From Pseudomonadota bacterium (GTDB taxonomy: Archaea > Thermoplasmatota > SW-10-69-26 > JACQPN01 > JAJPHT01), in contig JAJPHT010000020.1 of assembly GCA_021325135.1 (NCBI GenBank), forward strand, positions 32,001 to 96,000: 64,000 nucleotides of DNA. Reading direction: 5' to 3'. Position numbers and translations under genes: made by a program. The notes below the pieces were generated by a model. The model had not been told where the DNA came from. It was given only the letters and a program-made list of their open reading frames with translations, and searched no databases. This document shows positions 35,522 through 45,167 of the stretch, in pieces (positions within the stretch are counted from its first letter, which is position 1; the number at the start of each line of letters is the position of its first letter).

Positions 35522-38500
35522 TTGACCGCCGATCCCAACCGCCGCGCCCGGGCCGCCATCGCCGCCCTCCTCTTCCTCCTCCCCGCCGGGAGCGCCCTCC
35601 TCCACGTGGCCGACGCGGCCAGCGGGACCAACGTCGTCACCGACCCCGCGGGCGACAACACGGGCGGCGGCCCCCAGGCGGACGTGCTCCGCGTGGGCGC
35701 CAGCAACGACGCCTCCAAGCTCTACTTCTACGTCGAAGTGGGTAGCACGTCGCCCCCCGCGGCGGACGTCGAGTACCAGGTGGACTTCACCGCGCCCGGC
35801 CAGCCCCCCTCGGCCCGGCAGTACAGCATCGTTGCGACCTACAGCGCGTCGGGCTCCATGGGCCCCGCCACGCTGGACTTCCTCACCGACGTCACGGGCT
35901 CCAGCGCGCGCACCGAGCAGGCCTCCATCGTGGGCGACGAGATCGTCTTCGCCATGAGCCGCGCCGACGTGAGCAGCCCGCCCACGGGCGCGACGTTCAC
36001 CGCCATCGACGCGCTGACCTACCCGCCCGCCGACCCCACCACCACGTGGGACGACACCTCCAGCGGCTCCTACACCATGGCGGCGCCCACGCCGGCCACG
36101 CCCAGCGCGCCCTCCATCACCGGCGCCGCGGGCAGCCCCTCCAGCGTCGCGCTCTCGTGGAGCGCGCCCGCCAGCAGCGGCTCCTCCTCCGTGACCGGCT
36201 ACAAGGTGTACCGCGGCACGACCAGCGGCGGCGAGACCCTGCTCGCCACGCTGGGCAACGTGCTCAGCTACGCCGACTCCGCCGTCTCCGCGGGCCAGAC
36301 CTACTTCTACCAGGTCAGCGCGGTGAACTCCGCGGGCGAGGGCCCCCGCAGCGCCGAGGCCTCCGCCACCGTGGCCGCGCCCACGCTGCCCGGCGCGGTG
36401 CAGGGCCTCTCCGCCACCGCGGGCGATGGCAAGGCCACGCTCTCGTGGAGCGCGCCCGCCAGCGACGGCGGGAGCCCCATCACGGCCTACCAGGTCTTCC
36501 AGGGCAGCGCGCCGGGCGCCGAGGGCCCCACGGCCGTCGCCACCGTCGCCGGCGCCAGCGCCACCCTCACGGGCCTCGCCAACGGGCAGACCTACTACTT
36601 CCGCGTCCGCGCGCAGAACGCCGTCGGCCTCGGCCCCGAAGGGAGCGAGGTCACGGTGACGCCGTCGCTCGCCGACGCGCCCACCGCGTTCGAGGACTAC
36701 CACAACACGCTGGGCGACACCTCCAGCGCGGGCGAGCCCAGCCTCGGCGTCGACCAGGAGACCGGCGCGGTCCTCTACACCTCGGGCTTCAACACGTACA
36801 AGATCACCAACCTGCGCCCCAACGCCGACGCGCGGACGCCGGGCGCCGCGACGTGGGCCGACGTGAGCAACGTCAAGTTCGCGCCCACCGTGCTGGGCGA
36901 CCCCATCGGCTGGCTCGACCGCCACACCAACCGCTTCTTCCAGGCCGAGCTCCTCGTGCCGCCCGACTGCAGCCAGATGGGCTACACGGACGACGGCGGC
37001 GCCACCTGGAACGTGAGCGACGGCTCGTGCAACACGCCCAACGGCGAGGACCACGAGACCGTGGGCGGCGGCCCCTTCCACGGCGAGAAGGGCCCTCAGC
37101 TTGGCAGCGCGTACCCCGACTCGGTCTACTACTGCACGCAGGCCAACGCGCTGGCCACGTGCGCCGTCTCCGAGGACGGCGGCGTGACGTTCCAGCCCGC
37201 CCGCGTCATCTACCACACGATCCTCAACCAGAACACCATCGCCACGGCGGACGGCGCGGACCCCTCGGGCTTCTGCTTCAACCTGCATGGCCACGTGAAG
37301 GTCTCGCCCACCGGCATCGCCGCGGTGCCCAACAAGAACTGCTACACCACGGGCTCCCAGGAGACGAAGGGCGGCGTCACGACGTCGGACGACGGCAACA
37401 CGTGGCGCATCTTCTCCATCCCCAGCAGCACGCAGGACCCCAACGGCGGCGACGACGACCCCAGCCTCGACTGGAGCCAGTCCCGCGCGCCGGGCGCCAC
37501 GCACGACCGCCTCTGGTACGGCTACTACGACGGCGACCACCACATGAAGATCGCCCACAGCGACGACCTGGGCGCGACGTGGTCCCCGAGCTTCGACGTG
37601 GGCGCCAGCCTCGGCCTCGTGAACACCAAGTTCCCCGAGGTCGTCGCAGGCGACTGGGACCGCGCCGCCATCGCCTTCCTGGGCTCCGCCACCGCGGGCG
37701 ACAACCAGGCCTCCGGCTTCAACGGCGTCTGGCACCTCTACGTCGCGACCACCTACGACGGCGGCCAGACGTGGACCACCGTCAAGGCCAGCACGGACCC
37801 TGTGCAGAAGGGCTGCATCAGCATGGGCGGCACCACCAGCAGCACGTGCCGCAACCTGCTTGACTTCATGGACGCGCAGCTGGACGCCACCGGCCATGTC
37901 GCGGTCGCCTACCCCGACGGGTGCGAAGGCGCCTGCGCCGCGGACGAGAACCCGCACGCGTGGTCCTCCTCCTACAGCAACGACGCGGCGCCCGCCCTGG
38001 CCTACCAGAGCGGCGGCCGCGGCCTGCTCTCCGCCTTCGACACGTCGAAGACCGTCCCCGCGGCGCCCGTCATCATGGCCTCCGCGGGCAACGGCCTCGT
38101 GCGCCTCCAGTGGGCGCCGCCCAACGACGGCAACAGCCCCATCACGGGCTACCTCGTCGAGCGCGACGGCTCGCTCCTCGCCACGCTGGGCGCGGTCGCG
38201 AGCTTCGAGGACCGCAGCGTCGCCAACGGCGCGACCTACGGCTACCAGGTGGCCGCCATCAACTCCGTGGGCACCGGCGCCCTGAGCGCGCCCGTCTCCG
38301 CGACGCCCTTCTTCGACGACCAGGCGCCCACGCAGGTCACGGACCTCCAGGCCAGCGCGGCGGCGGACCACGCCATCTCGCTCCTTTGGGACGCCTCCAG
38401 CGACGACCACGGCGTCGACCACTATGATATCATCCGCGACGGCGCGGTGGTCGCCAGCGTCAGCAGCGCCACGACGGCGTTCGCGGACTCGGGCCTCCAG

Positions 38501-41365
38501 AACGGCCGCGCGTACGGCTACCGCGTCGTCGCGGTGGACGCCAGCGGCAACGCGGCGCCCGAGAGCGACGCGGTCACCGCGAAGCCCGTCCGCACCCTCT
38601 CCGCGGCCCTCGTGGCGGCGGACGGGACAGGGGACGCGACCGGCGGGGCGCCCGCAAGCGCGGACCTCCAGGGCGCGGGCCTGGGCTACGACGGCAGCAA
38701 CCTGCGCGTCGAGTGGCCCATCGCCGACCTCGCGGCCGCGCCCACGACGATCCGCCACGACATGGCGTTCACCATCAACTCGCAGAACTACGTCTTCGAG
38801 TACGAGCGCGGCGGCACGCGCTGCAATCTCTACACGCAGACCAGCGCCGCGGGCTTCGACCCCGTCGCCAACGCCAACCCGTACACCTGCGGCGTGGACG
38901 CGGCGCGCGGCGTCGTCTGGGGCCTCGTGCCCAACGCCGCGCTGCGCAACGTCCTCGTGGCGGGCGCGCAGGTCACCGGCGTCTCCGCCGACACCTGCAT
39001 GCTGGACACCTCCAGCGGCGGCGTCACGGGCCTCTCGTGCTACTCGCCCCCCCGCGGCGACCGCGCGCCCGACGCCGGCTCCGCGACCTACGTCGTGGGC
39101 ACGCCCAACTCGGCGGGCCACGTCGTCATGGGCGGCCTCGGGGACCAGGCCGGCGCCGAGGGCAGCCTGGTATCGTTCCAGGTGCCCGCGACGAGCCCCG
39201 AGGGCGACAAGGTCGCCTTCTCGGCGACCGGCCTCCCCGCCGGCGCGACGCTGGACCCCGACACGGGCGCCTTCTCGTGGACGCCCACCTTCGCGCAGGC
39301 GGGCCGCTACCCCGTGACGCTCACGGCGGACGACGGCGCGGCCAGCGCGACGAAGGCGATCAACCTCACCATCGCCAACGTCGACCGCGCGCCAGTCCTC
39401 GACGCGGTGGCCGACCAGACGGTGGCGGGCGGCTCGTCCCTCGCGCTGGCGCTCCACGCCACCGACGCGGACGGCGACGCGCTGACCTACGGCGGCGCCA
39501 ACCTGCCGCCCGGCGCCACGGTGGACGCCGCGACGGGCGCCTTCCGCTTCGCGCCCCCGGCCCACGCCGCCGCGAGCTACCCCGGCGTCGTGCTCTCCGC
39601 CTTCGACGGCGAGAAGTACGGCAACCAGACCTTTGATATCATGGTCACGGACGTGGAGACGGCGCCCGCGCTGGACGCCATCGCGGACCAGACCGTGGCC
39701 GAGGGCGGCTCCATCGCCTTCCAGGCGCGCGCGACGGACGCCGAGGGCGACGCGCTCGCCTACGCCATCGAGGGCGCGCCGGAGGGCGCCTCCTTCGACC
39801 CGCAGACGGGCGCCTTCTCCTACGCGGCGCCCTTCGCGACGGGCCACGACTCGCCCGCCTACGCGCTGCGCGTCACGGTCAGCGACGGCGAGCAGAGCGC
39901 GGAGCGCGACCTCACGCTCACCGTGGCGGACGTGGACCGCGCGCCGGCCTTCGGCCCCCTGGAGAACGTGAAGGTCAACGAGACGGAGCCCATCTCCTTC
40001 CCGGTGAGCGCCACCGACGCGGACCTCGACGCGGTGACGCTCTCCGCGGACAGCCTCCCCGAGGGCGCGACGTTCGACGACGGCCAATTCTCCTGGACGC
40101 CCACCTTCGACCAGTCGGGCAACTACCCCGTCGCGTTCCACGCGTCGGACGGCATCGCCACGACGACGCGCACGGTCATCCTCACCGTGGGCGCCGTCGA
40201 CCGCGCGCCCATCTTCGACGCGACGCCCGACCAGGCCGGCGCCGAGGGGAGCTTGCTGTCGTTCGCCGTCCACGCCGCGGACCCCGACGGCGACGCGGTG
40301 GCCTACCACGCCACGGGCCTGCCCCAGGGCGCGACGCTGGACGCGCAGACGGGCGCCTTCTCGTGGACGCCCGGCTTCACGCAGGCGGGCAGCTACGCGG
40401 TGACGTTCACCGCCAGCGACTCGCAGCTCTCGGTCAACGAGACGGTGGCCCTCGCCATCGCCGACGTGGACCGCGCGCCCGTCGTCGCGCCCCCGCAGGC
40501 GGTCAACGTCCTGGAGGGCACGCCCATCCAGCTCGTCGTCCACGCGGCGGACCCCGACGGCACCGCGGTCGCGCTGAGCGCGGCCGGCCTCCCAGAGGGC
40601 GCGACGTTCGCGGACCACGGCGACGGCACCGGCAGCTTCGCGTGGACCCCCGCGCCCGGCGCGCACGGCGCCTACGCGCCCTCGTTCACGGCGACGTCCA
40701 ACGGGCTTTCGGGCTCCGCGACGCTGGGCCTCACGGTGCGCTTCCGCGCGAACTTCACGGTGGACGCCACGGACCCCACGACGATCCACGCCTCGCCCGG
40801 CCAGGCGGTCGACCTCGACGCGGTGGTGACGAACCTCGGCGTCGAGCCCGACTCGTTCTCCTTCGGCCTCGCGCAGACGCAGGCCTGGGGAGGCGCCGCC
40901 CCCGCGACGACGAACCTCGCCGCGGGCGAGAGCCGGCACGTGACGGTCCACCTGGTGGCGCCCGCCAGCGGCACCCTCGACCGCGTGAACCTCACCGTCT
41001 CGTCGCTGGGCCAGCCCGGCGCATCGAAGACGGCGAGCTGGACCGCGGACGTGCCGCTGGTGCTCAGCGTGCGCCTTGACAGCGCAAGCCTGCACCCCTG
41101 GCAGCGCCCCGCGGGCGTCGTGCGCGCCACGCACCTCGACGGCTCCCCCGCCGCGGGCGTGGCCGTGACCCTCGCCCAGGCCTCGGACGCGCTGGCCCTG
41201 GCGGCCTCCACGCTCTCGGGCCACGCGGACGCCAACGGCCTGTGGTTCTTCGACTTCGGCAGCGACGCCATGGCGCGCGCCCCCGGCAGCCACACCCTGG
41301 CCGCCACGGCGGGCCTCGCCGGCGTCGCGCCCACGCGCGTCGCCACGGCCTACACCGTCGGCTAG
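35522..41365 (+). CDS. Large secreted multidomain protein (beta-sandwich, FN3 x2, BNR propeller, FN3 x2, beta-sandwich, 6 putative-Ig/cadherin-like repeats)
   Basis: LSWSAPAS..Y.Y.V.A.N FN3 motifs; Asp-boxes; six ATD.DGD..GLP.GA..TG.FSWTP repeats. Confidence 0.88.
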   Translation: MTADPNRRARAAIAALLFLLPAGSALLHVADAASGTNVVTDPAGDNTGGGPQADVLRVGASNDASKLYFYVEVGSTSPPAADVEYQVDFTAPGQPPSARQYSIVATYSASGSMGPATLDFLTDVTGSSARTEQASIVGDEIVFAMSRADVSSPPTGATFTAIDALTYPPADPTTTWDDTSSGSYTMAAPTPATPSAPSITGAAGSPSSVALSWSAPASSGSSSVTGYKVYRGTTSGGETLLATLGNVLSYADSAVSAGQTYFYQVSAVNSAGEGPRSAEASATVAAPTLPGAVQGLSATAGDGKATLSWSAPASDGGSPITAYQVFQGSAPGAEGPTAVATVAGASATLTGLANGQTYYFRVRAQNAVGLGPEGSEVTVTPSLADAPTAFEDYHNTLGDTSSAGEPSLGVDQETGAVLYTSGFNTYKITNLRPNADARTPGAATWADVSNVKFAPTVLGDPIGWLDRHTNRFFQAELLVPPDCSQMGYTDDGGATWNVSDGSCNTPNGEDHETVGGGPFHGEKGPQLGSAYPDSVYYCTQANALATCAVSEDGGVTFQPARVIYHTILNQNTIATADGADPSGFCFNLHGHVKVSPTGIAAVPNKNCYTTGSQETKGGVTTSDDGNTWRIFSIPSSTQDPNGGDDDPSLDWSQSRAPGATHDRLWYGYYDGDHHMKIAHSDDLGATWSPSFDVGASLGLVNTKFPEVVAGDWDRAAIAFLGSATAGDNQASGFNGVWHLYVATTYDGGQTWTTVKASTDPVQKGCISMGGTTSSTCRNLLDFMDAQLDATGHVAVAYPDGCEGACAADENPHAWSSSYSNDAAPALAYQSGGRGLLSAFDTSKTVPAAPVIMASAGNGLVRLQWAPPNDGNSPITGYLVERDGSLLATLGAVASFEDRSVANGATYGYQVAAINSVGTGALSAPVSATPFFDDQAPTQVTDLQASAAADHAISLLWDASSDDHGVDHYDIIRDGAVVASVSSATTAFADSGLQNGRAYGYRVVAVDASGNAAPESDAVTAKPVRTLSAALVAADGTGDATGGAPASADLQGAGLGYDGSNLRVEWPIADLAAAPTTIRHDMAFTINSQNYVFEYERGGTRCNLYTQTSAAGFDPVANANPYTCGVDAARGVVWGLVPNAALRNVLVAGAQVTGVSADTCMLDTSSGGVTGLSCYSPPRGDRAPDAGSATYVVGTPNSAGHVVMGGLGDQAGAEGSLVSFQVPATSPEGDKVAFSATGLPAGATLDPDTGAFSWTPTFAQAGRYPVTLTADDGAASATKAINLTIANVDRAPVLDAVADQTVAGGSSLALALHATDADGDALTYGGANLPPGATVDAATGAFRFAPPAHAAASYPGVVLSAFDGEKYGNQTFDIMVTDVETAPALDAIADQTVAEGGSIAFQARATDAEGDALAYAIEGAPEGASFDPQTGAFSYAAPFATGHDSPAYALRVTVSDGEQSAERDLTLTVADVDRAPAFGPLENVKVNETEPISFPVSATDADLDAVTLSADSLPEGATFDDGQFSWTPTFDQSGNYPVAFHASDGIATTTRTVILTVGAVDRAPIFDATPDQAGAEGSLLSFAVHAADPDGDAVAYHATGLPQGATLDAQTGAFSWTPGFTQAGSYAVTFTASDSQLSVNETVALAIADVDRAPVVAPPQAVNVLEGTPIQLVVHAADPDGTAVALSAAGLPEGATFADHGDGTGSFAWTPAPGAHGAYAPSFTATSNGLSGSATLGLTVRFRANFTVDATDPTTIHASPGQAVDLDAVVTNLGVEPDSFSFGLAQTQAWGGAAPATTNLAAGESRHVTVHLVAPASGTLDRVNLTVSSLGQPGASKTASWTADVPLVLSVRLDSASLHPWQRPAGVVRATHLDGSPAAGVAVTLAQASDALALAASTLSGHADANGLWFFDFGSDAMARAPGSHTLAATAGLAGVAPTRVATAYTVG

Positions 41366-41442
41366 CGAGCCGCCACCCCGCCGGGCGCTGCGCCCCCGCG
41401 CCCGGCCCCTCCCTTTTTCTGCCCTCGCCACGTTGCCCCAGC

Positions 41443-42081
41443 GTGCTCGCCGGAGTCGACGAAGCCGGGCGCGGCCCCGTGCTCGGGCCCCTCGTGGTGG
41501 CCGCCGTCCTCATCGAGTCCGACAAGCCGCTGCGCAAGCTGGGCGTCAAGGACTCCAAGCAGCTCTCCCCCAAGCGCCGCGAGGAGATGGCGCCGCAGAT
41601 CCGCGAGCTTTGCCGCGCCACCGCGCTGCGCGTCGTCCACGCCGAGGAATTGAACGCGCGCATGCCGGGGGAGAACCTCAACGAGATCGAGGTCGACGCC
41701 TTCGCCGAGCTGCTGCGCCACCTGGCGCCCCACACGGCGGTCCTCGACGCGTGCGACGTCAACGCCGAGCGCTTCGGCCAGCGCGTGGGCGCCCGCCTCG
41801 CCGCGCCCTGCGTCATCCGCTCCGAGCACGAGGCCGACGCGCGCCACCCCGTCGTCGCGGCCGCCAGCATCCTCGCCAAGGTCGAGCGCGACCGGATCGT
41901 CGCCGAGCTTGCCGCCCAGCACGGCGCCCTGGGCAGCGGCTACAGCCATGACGTGGCCACCACGACCTGGCTGAAGGACTACGTGGCCCGCCACAACGCC
42001 CTTCCCGCCTTCGCCCGCCGCGAATGGGAGACCGCCCGCCGCCTCCTCAAGAAGGACCGCACCCTCCTCGAGTTCGGGTGA
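41443..42081 (+). CDS. rnhB: Ribonuclease HII
   Basis: AGVDEAGRGPVLGP, GVKDSKQL, VAAASILAKVERD, GSGY. Confidence 0.95.
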   Translation: MLAGVDEAGRGPVLGPLVVAAVLIESDKPLRKLGVKDSKQLSPKRREEMAPQIRELCRATALRVVHAEELNARMPGENLNEIEVDAFAELLRHLAPHTAVLDACDVNAERFGQRVGARLAAPCVIRSEHEADARHPVVAAASILAKVERDRIVAELAAQHGALGSGYSHDVATTTWLKDYVARHNALPAFARREWETARRLLKKDRTLLEFG

Positions 42082-42186
42082 CCCGGGCCCCAGGGCCCCA
42101 GCCGCAGGACCTAAGCCTCCCGCCCCCCTCCGCCCCTTGTGAGCGCCGCGCAATCTTCATCGTCGCCCGCGCCTGCACGCCCCACG

Positions 42187-42534
42187 ATGATCCAGTCGGT
42201 GGAGGAGGCCGTCAAGCGGATGGAGGCCGGGTTCTGGCGCCGCTACAACGCCAGCCCCGACCTCCAGAGGAAGCTCGCCGGCAAGACCCGCGTCATCCAG
42301 CTGGCCATCCCCGACGCCGACTCCTACTGGTTCCACATCGTGGACGGCAAGATCCACGACATCCAGCAGGGCCAGCACGAGAAGCCCGACGCGCAGGTCA
42401 CCGTCCACAAGGCCGACCTCCTGGCCGTCCTCAACGGCGAGATGAAGGCCATGCAGGCCTACCTCTCGGGCAAGGTGAAGGTGCGCGCCGGGCTCTCCGA
42501 CCTCCTCTTCGCCAAGAGCCTGCTGGGCGCCTAA
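42187..42534 (+). CDS. SCP2 sterol/lipid-binding domain protein
   Basis: PDAQVTV..DLLAVLNGE..AMQAYLSGKVKV. Confidence 0.85.
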   Translation: MIQSVEEAVKRMEAGFWRRYNASPDLQRKLAGKTRVIQLAIPDADSYWFHIVDGKIHDIQQGQHEKPDAQVTVHKADLLAVLNGEMKAMQAYLSGKVKVRAGLSDLLFAKSLLGA

Positions 42535-43466
42535 CGCTGGGGCGCCGCCGGCGCGGGGGGCCTCGCAGCGCCCCTGCCCGAGCGGGCGGAGCGCCACGCC
42601 ACGAGCGCGACCGCGCCCCCGCCCACGAACCCCGCCAGCGCCGAGAGGACGCCCCCCACGAAGGGGATCCACGAGACGGCGACGAGCACGAGCACGCCCA
42701 CCAGGGCCCCGAGATACGGGTGCGCGGGCGTGGCGCGCCGGCGGTGGAGCAGAAGCTCGCCCACGCGGATGCCCACGACGACGTAGCCGAAGAACCACAG
42801 CAGCGGCAGCACCAGGAAGAGGACGCCCAGCGCGGTGGGGATGCCCACCAGCGTCGCGAACGCCAGGATGGCGAGGATGGGGACGCCGATCCACAGGATC
42901 GCGGCCGACAGGAGCGTCGCGCCCGGGCTTCCCGTGAGCGCGGCGCCCGCCGCAAGGAACTGCCGCGGCGCGAAGGCCGCCGCCAGGAGCCCCGCCACCA
43001 CGAGCGCCACCGACACGCCGACGCCCACGAGGATCCCCACGAAGGCGGCCCACCGCCCCAGCGCCGAGACCAGGGACTCGCCGTGGTTGACCGAGCCCTG
43101 CACCTGGGCGCCTGGCGCCTGGGTGAGCGTCGACTTGACGAGCGTCACGTCGCCGCGCACCAACGCCCCGTCGCGAAGGTCGGCGACGCCGCTCGTCACG
43201 ACGAGCGTTCCCACCTTCCCGCCCCCCAGCACGACGGCCGTGCCGTTGACGACGACCAGCGAACCCACGTCGCCCGCCACCGTCGCCGTGCCGTTGACGA
43301 CCAGCACGCCGCCCACCGTCTCGTTGGCCTGCACGCTCGCGTCGCCCTCGACGCGCAGGAGGAAGCCCTTGGCCGCAGGCGCGGGACCCGTGGGCTGGGC
43401 GGCCGCGAGCGCCGCGACCGCCAGAAGGACTGCCATCGCCAGAAGGGAAGCGCGCGTGGAGCGCAT
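42531..43466 (-). CDS. Bactofilin-like beta-helix plus multi-TM membrane protein
   Basis: Signal peptide; repeats VLVVNGTATVAGDV / LVVVNGTAVV; C-terminal TLVGIP..IPFVGG TM domain. Confidence 0.75.
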   Translation of the reverse strand: MRSTRASLLAMAVLLAVAALAAAQPTGPAPAAKGFLLRVEGDASVQANETVGGVLVVNGTATVAGDVGSLVVVNGTAVVLGGGKVGTLVVTSGVADLRDGALVRGDVTLVKSTLTQAPGAQVQGSVNHGESLVSALGRWAAFVGILVGVGVSVALVVAGLLAAAFAPRQFLAAGAALTGSPGATLLSAAILWIGVPILAILAFATLVGIPTALGVLFLVLPLLWFFGYVVVGIRVGELLLHRRRATPAHPYLGALVGVLVLVAVSWIPFVGGVLSALAGFVGGGAVALVAWRSARSGRGAARPPAPAAPQR

Positions 43467-43667
43467 GCCGCCGCGCATGGCGCGCATGCGGCGGCCCACA
43501 GGAATACCCGTTCTCGCCCGGAACGCGATGGCGCGCCGCGCGGGCCCACGGCCCGGCTCGCCGCGCCCGGCCCGGGCCTCCCGCAGGCAGGGGACCTTTG
43601 GCCCCCACGGGAGGCCCGCCGCGCGGGTGTCGTCCCGCACGGCGGGGCTCCTGGGGTCTGTTGCAGA

Positions 43668-43985
43668 TCACGACGCGAAGCCGGTCTCTGCGAGGACTCC
43701 GTCCTGGTTCGTCATCGCGTCGGCCAGGATCATCGTGAAGAGCTCCCAGTGCGTCACGGGGCGCCCACGATGGAACGTCACGAGGCCCTGCATCGCGTCA
43801 AAGACCGCCTTGTCTTCTGGGCGGACGTTGATCGACGCGAGCCGCGGCGGAAGGGGCGTCTCCATGATCAGCGCGTGCGGATCGAACGGCATGTGCTGCG
43901 CGCCGGGCGCGGGGCCATCGAGCCGGAAACGGGCGATGCGGCGGACGAGCTTTCTGCGGGGGTGGTTCGGGTCCAGGGGATCCAT
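43668..43985 (-). CDS. Hypothetical protein
   Basis: Fills the gap with plausible composition; SINVRPEDK..F may be RHH-like. Confidence 0.55.
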   Translation of the reverse strand: MDPLDPNHPRRKLVRRIARFRLDGPAPGAQHMPFDPHALIMETPLPPRLASINVRPEDKAVFDAMQGLVTFHRGRPVTHWELFTMILADAMTNQDGVLAETGFAS

Positions 43986-44161
43986 CGGTGCATGAGGCAT
44001 GCACGGGCCAAGTGGGCGTCCATGACGCGAACCTTATCCCGTTATCACAGCAAGTCTTGGTCCTGGGCGCTCTTGGCAACCCGATTCTGGGTTGCTTTCG
44101 TAATTTAGGACTCATAGGACTCGCACGAACCGTACGGCGCGTACGAACCGTCAGCCCCTGC

Positions 44162-45115
44162 TTACCCCACGAACCCGTGCCCCACGATGCGCTGGTTCGG
44201 GTTGTCCAAGTTGACCAGCACGACGCGGTCGCCCGCGGCGTAGGCCAGCGGCTTCGCAAGCTCGAAGGACACGCTGCCCTCCTTGCCCGGGCCGAGGTCG
44301 CCCTTCGCGCGGGCTTGGACGACCTGCCAGCCGTGGGCGAGGTGGTAGACGCCCTCGTTCTTGACGCCCGCCTTGAAGAAGGGCGTCACGTGGCACTTCA
44401 GCGTCACGACGGTCCCGGCGTCCGCCACGAGGAGAGAACCTTCGGGCGCCAGGACGTGGCCGCGGTCGAGGTCGTCGTTCTCGATGTTCTTGAGCGCGAG
44501 GCCCACGTGGTCCCCCGTGTGCGCGTCGGCCACGTCGACGTCGTGGACCTGGATGCTGCGGACCTGCGCGGCCTTGGCGGTGGGGTAGGCGCGGAGGTTG
44601 TCGTGCTTGTGGACGACGCCCTGCCGGACGAAGCCGAGGACGACGGCCCCGATGCCCTTGACGTTGAAGTGGTGGTCGACGGGGATGCGGACCGGCCCGT
44701 CGCGGCTGGGCGCCGCAATCTCGGCGAGCTTCGCGCGCACGGCGCTGGGCTTGTCGTCGGTGGTCACAGGGATTCCGGCGAGGCTCGTGCCCTTCAGGAG
44801 CGGCGCGATCTGCTCGGGCTGGATGTAGTTCTGGAGCACGATGAGCCCCTTGTCCAGGCCGGCCGCGGCGGCGGCGAGGATGCTCTCGCCCAGGTCGCGG
44901 TTGACCTCCTTGACGACGATGAGGACGGCGTCGGCGGCGTTGACCGCGTAGCAGAGGGGCTGCACCTTCTCGGGGTGGCGGAAGGGGACGACCATGCTCA
45001 CGGTGGTCTCGCCCTCCTTGAAGCTCATGAGCAGCACGTCGCTCTCAGTGCTCTTCTTGCCGAGCTCCTTGGCGTAGTCGAGGTTGCCGAGGACCCCGAG
45101 GGTGAGGGCGGGCAT
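44162..45115 (-). CDS. Archaeal SelB-like / EF-Tu domain 2-3 protein with degenerate G domain
   Basis: ELGKKST.SD, RDLGE, VDHHFNVKGIGAVVLG, VRSIQVHD, LDRG; no intact P-loop. Confidence 0.85.
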   Translation of the reverse strand: MPALTLGVLGNLDYAKELGKKSTESDVLLMSFKEGETTVSMVVPFRHPEKVQPLCYAVNAADAVLIVVKEVNRDLGESILAAAAAGLDKGLIVLQNYIQPEQIAPLLKGTSLAGIPVTTDDKPSAVRAKLAEIAAPSRDGPVRIPVDHHFNVKGIGAVVLGFVRQGVVHKHDNLRAYPTAKAAQVRSIQVHDVDVADAHTGDHVGLALKNIENDDLDRGHVLAPEGSLLVADAGTVVTLKCHVTPFFKAGVKNEGVYHLAHGWQVVQARAKGDLGPGKEGSVSFELAKPLAYAAGDRVVLVNLDNPNQRIVGHGFVG

Positions 45116-45135
45116 CGAGGCGCGAGAGGTGGCCC

Positions 45136-45150
45136 GGTCTTAATGGTTTC
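45136..45150 (-). promoter_or_regulatory. BRE/TATA-like box
   Basis: GAAACCATTAAGACC ~25 bp upstream of ATG 45115. Confidence 0.5.
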
Positions 45151-45167
45151 CCGGTGGGCGCGGGGCT

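Noticed and set aside
35471-41431. 1986-aa minus-strand ORF and other very long antisense or alternate-frame ORFs (e.g. 51738-55481, 4274-7753, 32457-35498)
   Set aside because: Shadow ORFs caused by high GC and strong codon bias; the opposite or overlapping frame has recognisable motifs.
44162-45115. Selenocysteine machinery (true SelB)
   Set aside because: Lacks an intact P-loop and matches the known archaeal SelB-like paralogue; no in-frame UGA genes or SECIS elements seen.
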